Positions 1 to 10,598 of a stretch of DNA of 64,000 nucleotides are shown in pieces (position 1 is the stretch's first letter; every line of letters starts with the position of its first letter). The DNA lies in assembly GCF_009914755.1 (NCBI RefSeq), contig NC_060926.1; one strand, given 5' to 3'. The notes below the pieces were generated by a model. That model had not been told where the DNA came from and made no database searches. It saw nothing but the letters and a program-made list of their open reading frames with translations. Both the position numbers and the translations under genes were made by a program. The stretch comes from the human T2T-CHM13v2.0 reference genome, Homo sapiens.

Positions 1-21
1 TTTTTAAATTTTGTGACCTAG

Positions 22-866
22 TGTAAGCAAAACACTATCTGAGGCAGGTCTCAATCAATTTACAGGTTTATTTTGCCAAATATATGGCTTATGGCCTGTG
101 ACACAGCCTTAGGAGGTCCTGCAAACATATGCCTAAGGTGGTTGGATTTTACGTTGGTTTTATACACTTTAGGAGACACAGAAATTACAGGCAAAGACAT
201 AAATCAGTACATATAAGATACACATAAGTTTGTCCTGGAAAGGTGGGATAGCTTGAAGCAGGGGTTTCCAGGTCATAGGTGGATTCAAAGCTTTCCTGAC
301 TGGCAACTGGTTGAAAGAGTTAAGCTCTGCCTAAAGAGTTGAATTCATCATAAAGAAATGCTTGAGTCTAGAAAATGGGGGGTTCTTGTCATGTAGATGA
401 ATCCTATGGGTAGTAAATAAAGTAGATGGTGAATGTTGATTATCAGACCTTAGAAAAAAATGTCAGACTCTTTGGAAAAGACTTAGTAAGGGGAGAAGAT
501 TCTCTATAGAATGCAAATTTCCCCCACAACAGGTAGCTTTGCAGGGCCACTTCAGAATATGTCAAAGAAATATTTTTAGGATAAAATATTTTGATTTTCT
601 CCAGGGCCTATTATCTGTCACATTGGAGTATGGTATCTTATTGCTAAAAAGTATCTGTTTCATCAGTCCAGAGATCTCTGTTGTAATGATAATGCTGGTC
701 AGTTGTGTCTGAACTCCAAAGGGAGGAGAGTATAATGAGGCACATCTAAACCCACCTGCCAGTCATGGCCTAATCTAGTTTTCCAAATTTCTTTGAAGTG
801 CTTTCTGTCAAAAGAGGAGTCCATTCAGCAGGTTGGTGACCTACAACTTAATTTTTGGTTTTAACA
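22..866 (-). mobile_element. ERV1-class solo LTR, MER4-like
   Basis: TG...CA termini; ggtctcaatcaatttacaggtttattttgccaa is typical of the MER4 reverse strand; family name from memory. Confidence 0.6.
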
Positions 867-1293
867 CACAGAAAAACAAAATCACTGCACAAATTCAATC
901 TGAAATAGATTGGTAAAGAAAAATTAAGTGCTTCCTGAATATTCCTACATGTCAAAGAAAAAGAAATTATTAGAATTCAGATGAGAAATACCCCTCATAC
1001 AAAAGATTAACGATTTTTTTTTTTTTTTTACTGTCTTAGTTTGGGTCCACCTGCAATAAGGATTCCTGTTTAGGCAGCAAATTTACGCTGGGAGAAAAGG
1101 AGGAAAGTGAGGAAGGGAACAGAAGATGAATTGTAAAAGACGCATCAACAACCCACCTGACTCAGGAGAACTGAAGATCAACCACCTGTGGAAACATGGA
1201 CTAAATTCCTCTGGGCTGTTCCACCTGAGAGATGAGGAAGCTTAAGTATGTATACACCTCATCCTGTCCTCACTGATTGTGAGCTGTCTCTCT

Positions 1294-1680
1294 TGTTCTA
1301 TTTCAAGCTGCTGTAACAGATTCCTTTTCACTGAGTAATTCATAAAGAACACAAATTTATTTTCTTACACTTCTGGAGAATGGAAAATTTAAGTTCAAGG
1401 CATGGGCAGGTTAATGTCTGCTTTCTTTGCTTTCAAGATGATGCCTTGAGTTTGGGGTCCTTCAAAGGAAGGAAGGCCATGTCTTAACATGACAGACAAG
1501 CAGAAGAGAGAGAGATCTCAGCCCCACAATTGCTGTTTATACTGGCATTAATGTATTCCACTAGAGGGCACCACACTCATGATCTAAACACATCCCAGTA
1601 GGCCCCACATGGCAATACCATTACACTGAGAATTAACTTTACAACAGATGGATTCTGGAGGACACAGTGAAACCATAGCA
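1294..1680 (-). mobile_element. MaLR LTR (MST/MLT1A-like)
   Basis: gctgctgtaacag...tttattttcttacacttctggag...aaaccatagca matches the MaLR LTR pattern. Confidence 0.55.
1558..1571 (+). promoter_or_regulatory. Candidate CTCF motif CCACTAGAGGGCAC
   Basis: Exact match to the core consensus CCASYAGRKGGCRS; identical copy at 57195. Binding is not shown by the sequence. Confidence 0.5.
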
Positions 1681-1854
1681 CTTTCCTAAGAGATACACAT
1701 TTCAGGTCATTTGGTCAGCAATGCATGCAGGCAGAGTTCTCTGCCCAAGACTGTAAAGAACATAAGACATGTATATTGCCATTGCAAGTGAGCAGAGGTA
1801 CAGCAAAGAGAAAGCCCTAGAATACAGATAGAGACTCCTATATTCATCCTGGTA

Positions 1855-2196
1855 CAGTTAACCCTTGAATAAATTGGGTTTGAAATTTGCAGATCCACTT
1901 GTATTTTCTTCTGTGTGTGTCACCTGTAAACAAGTACTTAATAAGTAGTAAATATATTTTCTCATTTTTATAGTTTACTTAATTACATTTTTTTCTTTAG
2001 CATAGTTTATTGGAATAATAGAGTATATGATATAAATAACTTAAAAAAGTGTTAATCAACTATTTATTTTATCATTAAGGCTAGCAGTCAAAAGTAAGCT
2101 ATTAGTACTTAAGTTAGAAATGCAAAAGTTCTACACAGGTTTTCATCTGCACCTGTGGTCAGTGCCCCAACCTCCACATTGTTCAGGGGTCAACTG
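1855..2196. mobile_element. Tigger2a-like DNA transposon
   Basis: Terminal inverted repeats cagttaacccttgaa ... ttcaggggtcaactg, preceded by TA. Confidence 0.7.
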
Positions 2197-2249
2197 CTCT
2201 TTCAGTCTGTAGCTGCATCTCTCTGGAACAGGATCTTGGTAGGTGAGTT

Positions 2250-2772
2250 GTAAGTAAAGGAATCCAGAAAATAACATCTCAAACTATGCTGCATTCATAT
2301 GAGGATTACATAAAACCAAAGGCATTTAGAAAGCAGCAAATGCACAAAAAGCCTTCTCCTAAACATCGCTTATCTGCCAAAAAGCAGATTCTCCAGAAGG
2401 AAACCAATTGTCAAAAAAATTATTCCTGAGAATTTTTATATCAGGGAAGATTAACACAAAACAGGAATCAAAAATAGAAGAGACTGGGAACTGATGCTTT
2501 ATCCAGACAGGCTATTACCTGTTCTTTTGAAGATGCACTTCTGTTCTCATCTATTCTCTCCAGATTGCCTACACTTCCGAATTCCGTCTTCGCTGGAAAG
2601 GAAATATGAACTACTGGATCTTATTGAGTTATTTGGGTAATCACCCTGCTATGATATCCTGCTGCACTTTAAATGAATTTTGTTTGCCTTTTCTCTTATT
2701 AATCTTCCTTTTGTCAGTTTATTTTCAGCAAACATTTAGAGGACAAATGGAGTTTTCTTCCTTTCTCCCAAT
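2250..2772 (+). mobile_element. ERV1-class solo LTR (MER34/MER39-group-like); paralogs ~7670-8200 and ~57880-58402
   Basis: The 3' end tgccttttctcttattaatct...ttttcagcaaacatttagagg resembles MER34-group LTR ends; boundaries approximate. Confidence 0.45.
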
Positions 2773-2819
2773 ATAAGCAAGTTCCCTTAAAATTCAGGCG
2801 GCTTACAAAGCAGCAAGAA

Positions 2820-3047
2820 GGTTTGTGCACGGGCTATGGCACTGTGATTTGGCTCCCCTACTCAGGCATCAGTAAAATTTTGTGGAGCCCTAGGCTACAG
2901 CCCACTGATGCTAATATAGTTGGATCCACTTCCCCTGCTACTGAGCTAGGCTGGGACAGTTTTGGGCACATTAGATATGTGCGATATAATGATTGCAAAT
3001 CATTTCCAGTTTCATCTGTATCAAACTGCTTTCTCCATGTACATAGG
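2820..3047 (-). pseudogene. Inverted V-kappa relic, 5'-truncated copy, with RSS (heptamer 2840-2846, 11-bp spacer, nonamer 2820-2828)
   Basis: The minus strand ends CACAGTG-ccatagcccgt-GCACAAACC. Homologous to the relics at 8248 and 58450, but FR1 and leader are deleted. Confidence 0.75.
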
Positions 3048-3539
3048 CATCATCTCTGTGGATCTGTAGTAAATTGCTTGATCTTATAGTGGTAAGAACA
3101 ATGGCATAACACCATTACCGAATACTGACATGTATATATAGCATCATGTCAATAAATTTTATTTTTGATTTTTTTAGAAAGGAACAATGTTAAACTCACA
3201 GAAATGTTCCAAGTATAGGACAAAGTAACCCCTTCCCTAACCGGGATCATATGAGAGTCTTTTGGAGACCTGATAATCATACCGTCTAACATTTTATTAT
3301 ATATTTCCTACAAACAAGAATATTCTCCTAAATAATCCCCATACACCAATGAAATACATTACTCCATCAACTCCTGAGGAATATTTCAAATCGTCAAAAA
3401 AAAACTAAAAAATGTCTCTCATAATAAAATAGTTCCCAGTAGAAACACATTCTCTGGAGACAAATTTGTGCTACCCTGGTCTTACCTGGGACACCTGGGG
3501 ACACTGAACTGGTGCTGAGTTACTGAGATGAGCCAGCCC

Positions 3540-3622
3540 TGCAGCTGTGCCCAGCCTGCCCCATCCTCTGCTCATTTGCATATTCCCAGAACACAACCTC
3601 CTGCCCTGAAGACTTCTTAATA
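3540..3622 (+). promoter_or_regulatory. V-kappa promoter of IGKV1D-13
   Basis: Pentadecamer/E-box tgcagctgtgcccag 3540-3554, octamer ATTTGCAT 3574-3581, TTAATA 3617-3622. Confidence 0.9.
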
Positions 3623-3668
3623 GGCTGGTCACACTTCTTGCAGGAGTCAGACCCACTCAGGACACAGC

Positions 3669-4147
3669 ATGGACATGAGGGTCCCCGCTCAGCTCCTGGG
3701 GCTTCTGCTGCTCTGGCTCCCAGGTAAGGAAGGAGAACACTAGCAGTTTACTCAGCCCAGGGGGCTCAGTACAGCCTGGCTATTCAGGGAAATTCTCTTA
3801 CTACATGATTAATTGTGTGGACCATTTGTGTTTATGCTTCCAATCTCAGGTGCCAGATGTGCCATCCAGTTGACCCAGTCTCCATCCTCCCTGTCTGCAT
3901 CTGTAGGAGACAGAGTCACCATCACTTGCCGGGCAAGTCAGGGCATTAGCAGTGCTTTAGCCTGGTATCAGCAGAAACCAGGGAAAGCTCCTAAGCTCCT
4001 GATCTATGATGCCTCCAGTTTGGAAAGTGGGGTCCCATCAAGGTTCAGCGGCAGTGGATCTGGGACAGATTTCACTCTCACCATCAGCAGCCTGCAGCCT
4101 GAAGATTTTGCAACTTATTACTGTCAACAGTTTAATAGTTACCCTCA
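3669..4147 (+). CDS. IGKV1D-13: Immunoglobulin kappa variable 1D-13 (germline V gene, intact)
   Basis: Leader exon 3669-3723 ([18 protein letters not shown]), GT-AG intron 3724-3849, V exon 3850-4147: [10 protein letters not shown]...[12 protein letters not shown]...DASSLES...CQQFNSYP. Distal copy assigned from the neighbouring 1D-42/1D-43 genes. Confidence 0.95.
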
Positions 4148-4175
4148 CACAGTGTTACAAACCCGAACATAAACC
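4148..4175 (+). other. 12-RSS of IGKV1D-13
   Basis: CACAGTG + ttacaaacccga (12 bp) + ACATAAACC. Confidence 0.97.
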
Positions 4176-4822
4176 CCCAGGGAAGCAGATGTGTGAGACT
4201 GGGCTGCCCCAGCTGCTTCTCCTTATGCCTCCATTGGCTGAGAGTGTTCCTCAGATGCAGCCACACTCTGATGGTGTTGGTAGAGGAGGATATGAGATCA
4301 CCTCTGCATCCCAATTTCTTTTTCTTTTCTCAGCCCCAGCTGCACAGACATAACAATGCCTCTGCTGATTTAATAAAGATAGAGATCATGACACCTGAAG
4401 AGTCTAGTTTATGGCTTTGGTTAGAATTCATATAACAGAGAAGAAGCCATTATAGATATCCTAAGCAGGAATAGTCTTAATAGATAGAATTGGAGTCTAA
4501 AGTATTGAAGTCTAAATAAAATGTACAGATAAATTTAATGTTTTATTTGTTAAGAAATTTTTGCCAAATGGGGCATACAGGAAAACTCAATGGTCTTCAA
4601 TATGTTGGAAGAGCAAAGAGTTTTATAAAAAGGGAAATTATTACCTATTGTTCTTTGAGAAATTTTGTTGGCTGTAGTAAGGGTTGGGAGCTGGCAAGCT
4701 CAGACTGGTAAGCAGTGGTGGTCAAACTGAATCCTAGAATTATATTAAGTTATCTCAGAAGTTGTGGGTAAATTTGCTTTCAGGTTACAATAAGCCAAAG
4801 CAGTGAAGCTTGCAGAGAATTT

Positions 4823-5302
4823 TGTTACTGAAATGCCAGGGATTCAGTATAGATCCTGCGGCTCACCACACAGAAAGCCAATCACTAAGACAACAAGTGT
4901 TGTCAAAGAACAGGCTTTAATCAGGTGCTGCAGCCGAGGAGACGGGACACCATTCTCAAATGTATCTCCCTGACAAAATAAATTAGGGGTTTATATAGCA
5001 GGGAAGAAATGTGGAAAACAGGAATTAGAGAGGGGTAAGGAAGATAATTTAGTCAACAGGAAGCTGGAGGTCAGTTAGGCAATCATAATGGGTGAAGGGT
5101 CTGATGTCTCACTGTCCCCATTCAGTGATATATAACTTTCAGCTCCTTGATAGTATCTAGAGGCCTGATGGTTGGTTTCCTGAAAAAAGAACTCAGATTA
5201 ACAAATGTAACTACCTTGAGTTTTAAGACTGGGGGAGTCAGTTTCTATGTTTATTCAAAAAATCATAAACATTAGTTCCATGGGATAATAGGGCCTATTT
5301 CA
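4823..5302 (-). mobile_element. ERV1-class solo LTR (LTR54/MER57-group-like)
   Basis: TG...CA termini; shared with 10599-11110 and 60801-61283; absent downstream of IGKV1D-42. Family name uncertain. Confidence 0.55.
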
Positions 5303-5611
5303 ATTGCATTCTTCAGACAATATTTTGCACCCTGAGTGGTTTTCCCTCCTGGTTTCTTGGCTCTGTTGGGTATGTCAAGAATGACCGAATTCCTATGATT
5401 AACTTTTACACTACAACCTTTCAAAGCCAAGGATATAGTAGTCAGGAAGGTTGACAGTAGAAGCAGGATTCTCTGGTACTCCCTCAGAAAATAGAATGCA
5501 TCTGCCACTGAAGTATGGGCTATCTAACCATGTGGTCCTCAGTCCTGTCTGAAAGCTTAAGGGTGGGGTTGCAGCTGCTCTCAGCTTCCTATAGCATCTT
5601 TCAGGTTTTTC

Positions 5612-5841
5612 CCAGGCACATGTGTTGACAAGGAAGAAAACGGTGGGAATCGCCATGTTTGGGTGAATCCAGTTTCTAATGGCTATGATTTGCATAGGAA
5701 AGCTTCCCAGCCTGGCTCTAAGAGCCAGGGCTTTCTGGCTAGACAAGAAGTGTTTCTAGAGCTGCTTTAAAGGAAACAAAACCTTCCCAAGGACCCCTTT
5801 TCCTATCTGCCTAAAATAATTTCTTAAAAACTCCTATAGCA
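5612..5841 (-). mobile_element. Truncated MER61-like LTR at the duplication junction
   Basis: Matches 55135-55368 of the full-length LTR. Confidence 0.7.
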
Positions 5842-6117
5842 CTTGGGTTCCAGAGATGAGGACATGGACATCCTTTGGGGTGGGACATTATTCATTCCAC
5901 CGACCATAAACATATTCCCCAAAATTGTCCTTCTCTAAAGTAAAATTTAAAAAATCACGAAGTATTTTTATGAATCAAGGGAGGTGGACAAAATCTTAGA
6001 CTCAGGTTCCTCTAACTTGTGAGTTTTATCTGTTGGGGTATGCTCACTCCACTGTCTCTAATGTAGATTTATTGATGTGTAGATAGTTTTAGAGGATTTT
6101 TAAATTTTGTGACCCAG

Positions 6118-6960
6118 TATAAACAAAACAGTATCTGAGACAGGTCTCAATCAAATTACAGGGTTATTCTGCCAAAGATAAGGCTTATGGCCTGTGACAC
6201 AGCTTTAGAAGGTCCTGTAAACATGTGCCCAAGGTGGTTGGATTACACATTGGTTTTAAGCACTTTAGGGAAACACAGAAATACAGGGAAAGACATAAAT
6301 CAATACATATAAGATATACATTAGTTTGTCCTGGAAAGGTGGGATAGCTTGAAGCAGGGGCTTCCAGGTCATAGGTGGATTCAAAGCTTTCCTTACTGGC
6401 TACTGGTTGAAAGAGTTAAGGTCTGTCTAAAGAGTTGAATTCATCATAAAGAAATGCTTGAGTGTAGAAAAGGGGATGTGGAAGCCAAGGTTCTTGTCAT
6501 GTAGATGAATCCTATCAGTAGCAGATAAAGTACACGGTGAATGTTGCTTATCAGAGCTTTAAAAAATGTCAGACTTTAAAAAAGACTTAGTAAGGGGAGG
6601 AGATTCTCTATAGAATGAAAATTTCCCCCACAACTGGCAGCTTTGCAGAACCACTTCAGAATATGATGAAGAAATATTTTTAAGGTAAAATATTTAGATT
6701 TTCTTCAGGGCCTATTATCTGTCATGTTGGAATATGGTATCTTAATGCTACAAAGCATCTGTTTTGTCAGTCCAAAGATCTCTGTTGTAATGACAATGTT
6801 GGTCAGTTGTGTCTGAACTCCAAAGTATAATGAGGCACATCTAAACCCACCTGCCAGTCATGGCCTAACCTAGTTTTTCAAATTTCTTTGAAGTGCTCTT
6901 TACAAAAGAGGAGTCCATTCAGCAGGTTGGTGGCTTACAACTTAATTTTTGGTTTTAACA
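6118..6960 (-). mobile_element. MER4-like solo LTR (paralog of 22-866)
   Basis: Collinear with 22-866. Confidence 0.6.
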
Positions 6961-8247
6961 CACAGAAAAACAAAATCAGTTCACAAATTGAATGTAAAAC
7001 AGATCGGTAAAAAAAAAAAATTAAGTGCCTCCTGAATATTCCTACATGTCAAAGAAAAAGAAATTATCAGAATTCAGATGAGAAATATCCCTCTTACAAA
7101 AGATTAACAATTTTTTTTTTAACTATCTTAGTTTGGGTCCACCCTCAATGAGGATCCCTGTTTAGGCAGCAAATTTACACTGGGAGGAAAGGAGGAAAGT
7201 GAGGAAGAGAACAGAAGATGAATGGAAAAAGACACATCAACAACCTACCTGACTCAGGATAACCAAAGATCAACCACATGTGGAAACATGGACTAAGTTC
7301 CTCTGGGCTATTCCACCTGAGAGATGAGGAAGCTGGGGTATGTATACACCTCATCGTGTCCTCACTGATTGTGCGCTGTCTCTCTTGTTCTATTTCAAGC
7401 TGCTATAACAGATTCATTGTCACTATGTAATTCATAAGGAACAGAAATTTATTTTCTTACAGTTCTGGAGAATGGGAAATTAAAGATCAAGACATGGGCA
7501 GGTTAAGGTCCGCTTTCTCCACTTTCAAGATGCTGCCTGGAGTTAGAAATGCAAAAGTTCTACACAGGTTTTCATCTGCACCCATGGTCAGTGCCCAAAC
7601 CTCCATGTTGTTCAAGGGTCAACTGCTCATTCAATCTGTAGCTGCATCTCTCTGGAACAGGATCTTGGCAGGTGGGTTGCAAGTAAAGGAATCCAGAAAA
7701 TAACATCTCAAACTATGCTGCACTGGTATGATGATTATGTAAAACCAAAGACCTTTAGAAAGCACCAAATGCACAAAAAGACTTTTCCTAAATGTCCCTT
7801 ATCTGCATAATAGCAGATTCTCCAGAAGGAAACCAATTGTCAAAAAAATTCTTCCTGAGAATTTTTACATCAGGGAATATTAACACAAAAGAGGAATCTA
7901 AAATACAAGAGACTGAAGTTGATGCTTTATCCAGACAGGCTATGACCTGTTCTTTTGAGGATGCACTTCTGTTCTCATCTATTCTCTCCAGGTTGCCTAC
8001 ACTTCTCAATTCCCTCTTCCTTAGAAAAGAAATACAAACAACTGTATCCCATTGAGATATCTGGGTAATCACCCTGCTATGATATTCTGCTGCACTTCAA
8101 ATGAATTTTGTTTGCCTTTTCTCTTATTAATCTTTCTTTTGTCCATTCATTTTCAGCAAATATTTAGAGGACAAATGGAGCTTTCTTCCTTTCTCCCAAT
8201 GTAAGCAAGTTCCCTTAAAATTCAGGCAGCTTAAAAAACAGCAGGAA

Positions 8248-8730
8248 GGTTTGTGCACAGCCTGCAGCACTGTGATTTGGCTCCCCTAGTCAGGCATCAG
8301 TAAAATTTTGTGGAGTCCTAGGTGGCAGCCCACTGATGCTGATGTAGTTGGATCCACTTTCCCTGCTACTAAGTCAGGCTGGGACATTTTTGGGCACATT
8401 AGAGATATGAGATATAACGAGTGCAAATCCGTGTCCAGTTTCATCTGGATCCAAGTGATTTCTCCATGTACATAGGCAACTGCTTGATAAGAGATTCAGT
8501 GTCTCTTTCCTAAAGCAGTTAACAGGGAGGCTGGTGTCTGGGTCAGGATGATTTCCCCAATCACTGATAAAAAGTAAAAGAGGAAAGTGTCATTGATGGT
8601 GCATGGCAGGGACATGCTCCATGCAGTGGTCACCCTCAGTAAGAGAGATGAACTTTGGGAAATAATATTGAATGGCAGAAAAGAAGGTAGACTATGAAGG
8701 TGCCCAAAACAAGAATAAGGTGCAGCCCAT
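8248..8730 (-). pseudogene. Inverted V-kappa relic with RSS (heptamer 8268-8274, 11-bp spacer, nonamer 8248-8256)
   Basis: Minus strand from 8555 reads EIILTQTPASLLTALGKRH*ISYQAVAYVHGEITWIQMK...VPA*LSSRESGSNYISISGLPP-(E)DSTKFY*, then CACAGTG-ctgcaggctgt-GCACAAACC. Putative leader ATG at 8730. Confidence 0.8.
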
Positions 8731-9302
8731 TTAGTGTCTGAGTACTATAGAGACCTGTCGCTCTTGATAATTGTGGATCTGTGACTGCTGCATGCATCAA
8801 GAAAACACGGTATCATCTTTGTGTATCTATAGTACATAGTTTGATCGCATACTGGTAAGAACAATGGCATAACACCATTACCTGATACTTACAAATGTAT
8901 GTACCATCATGTCAATAAATTTTATTTTTAATTTTTTTTACATAGGAACAATGTTAAACTCACAGAAATGTTGCATGTATATGACAAATACCCCCTTCCC
9001 TAACCGGAATCATATAAGAGTCTTTTGAAGACTTGAGAATTGTACCGTCTAACATTTTACTATGTGTTTCCTACAAACAACAATATTCTCCTAAATAATC
9101 CCCATACACCAATGAAATACATTAGTCCATCAACTCCTGAGGAATATTTCAAATCGTCAAAAAGAAACCAAAAAATGTTACTCACAACAAAATAGTTCCC
9201 AGTAGAAACACATTCTCTGCAGACAAATTTGTGCTACCCTGGTCTTACCTGGGACACCTGGGGACACTGAACTGGTGCTGAGTTACTGAGATGAGCCAGC
9301 CC

Positions 9303-9384
9303 TGCAGCTGTGCCCAGCCTGCCCCATCCTCTGCTCATTTGCATATTCCCAGAACACAACCTCCTGCCTGAAGACTTCTTAATA
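9303..9384 (+). promoter_or_regulatory. V-kappa promoter of IGKV1D-12
   Basis: Pentadecamer at 9303, octamer ATTTGCAT 9337-9344, TTAATA 9379-9384. Confidence 0.9.
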
Positions 9385-9430
9385 GGCTGGTCACACTTCT
9401 TGCAGGAGTCAGACCCACTCAGGACACAGC

Positions 9431-9908
9431 ATGGACATGATGGTCCCCGCTCAGCTCCTGGGGCTCCTGCTGCTCTGGTTCCCAGGTAAGAAAGGAGAAC
9501 ACTAGGAATTTACTCAGCCCAGTGTGCTGAGTACTGCTTTACTATTCAGGGAACTTCTCTTACAGCATGATTAATTGTGTGGACATTTGTTTTTATGTTT
9601 CCAATCTCAGGTTCCAGATGCGACATCCAGATGACCCAGTCTCCATCTTCCGTGTCTGCATCTGTAGGAGACAGAGTCACCATCACTTGTCGGGCGAGTC
9701 AGGGTATTAGCAGCTGGTTAGCCTGGTATCAGCAGAAACCAGGGAAAGCCCCTAAGCTCCTGATCTATGCTGCATCCAGTTTGCAAAGTGGGGTCCCATC
9801 AAGGTTCAGCGGCAGTGGATCTGGGACAGATTTCACTCTCACCATCAGCAGCCTGCAGCCTGAAGATTTTGCAACTTACTATTGTCAACAGGCTAACAGT
9901 TTCCCTTC
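9431..9908 (+). CDS. IGKV1D-12: Immunoglobulin kappa variable 1D-12 (intact)
   Basis: Leader exon 9431-9485 ([18 protein letters not shown]), intron 9486-9610, V exon 9611-9908: [14 protein letters not shown]...QGISSWLA...AASSLQS...CQQANSFP. Confidence 0.95.
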
Positions 9909-9936
9909 CACAGTGTTACCAACCCGAACATAAACC
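9909..9936 (+). other. 12-RSS of IGKV1D-12
   Basis: CACAGTG + ttaccaacccga + ACATAAACC. Confidence 0.97.
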
Positions 9937-10598
9937 CCCAGGGAAGCAGATGTGTGAAGCTGGGCTGCCCCAGCTGCTCCTCCTGATGCCTCCATTGGCT
10001 GAGAGTGTTGCTCAGATGCAGCCACACTCTGATGGTGTTGGTAGAGGGGTACGTGAAATCGCCTCTGCACCCTAATTCTTTTCTCTTTCTCAGCCCCAAC
10101 TGCACAGACATAGCAATGCATCTCCTGATTTGATAAATACAGAGATCATGACACTTGAGGAGTCTAGTTTATGGCTTCAGCTTGAATTCATATAACACAG
10201 AAGAAGCCACTATAGATATTCTAAGCAGGAATCGTCTTAATACAGAGAATTAAAGTAAACTACTAAAGTCAAAATAAAATGTAGAGATGAATCTCTAAAT
10301 TTAAGTTTTATTTGCAAAGAAATATTTGCCAGGTGGGGCATACAGGAAAACTCAGTGGTCTTCAAGATATTGGAAGAACGAAGAGAAAATTAGCATTTTA
10401 TGAAAAAGGGAAAATGTTACCTGTGGCTCTTTGAGAAAGTTCATTGGCTCTAGGAAGGGTTGGGAGCTGGCAAGCTCAGACTGGTAAGCAGTGGTGGGCA
10501 AAATGAATCCTAGAATTATATCAAGTTATCTCAGAAGTTGTGGACAAATTTGATTTCAGGTTACAATAAGCCAAAGCAGTGAAGGTTGCAGAGAATTT

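Larger units (their letters stand above)
1..5615 (+). repeat. Duplication unit A (carries IGKV1D-13), paralogous to 6092-11425 and 55625-61598
   Basis: Collinear similarity by eye, e.g. tttttaaattttgtgacc at 1, ~6098 and ~55625, with the same order of LTRs, relic, V gene and downstream LTR. Confidence 0.9.

Noticed and set aside
3813-4435. Track ORFs starting in the intron or in alternate frames over the V exons (also at 9577, 9767, 39920, 59789, 59970)
   Set aside because: Artefacts of unspliced translation and shadow frames; the real start is the upstream leader exon.
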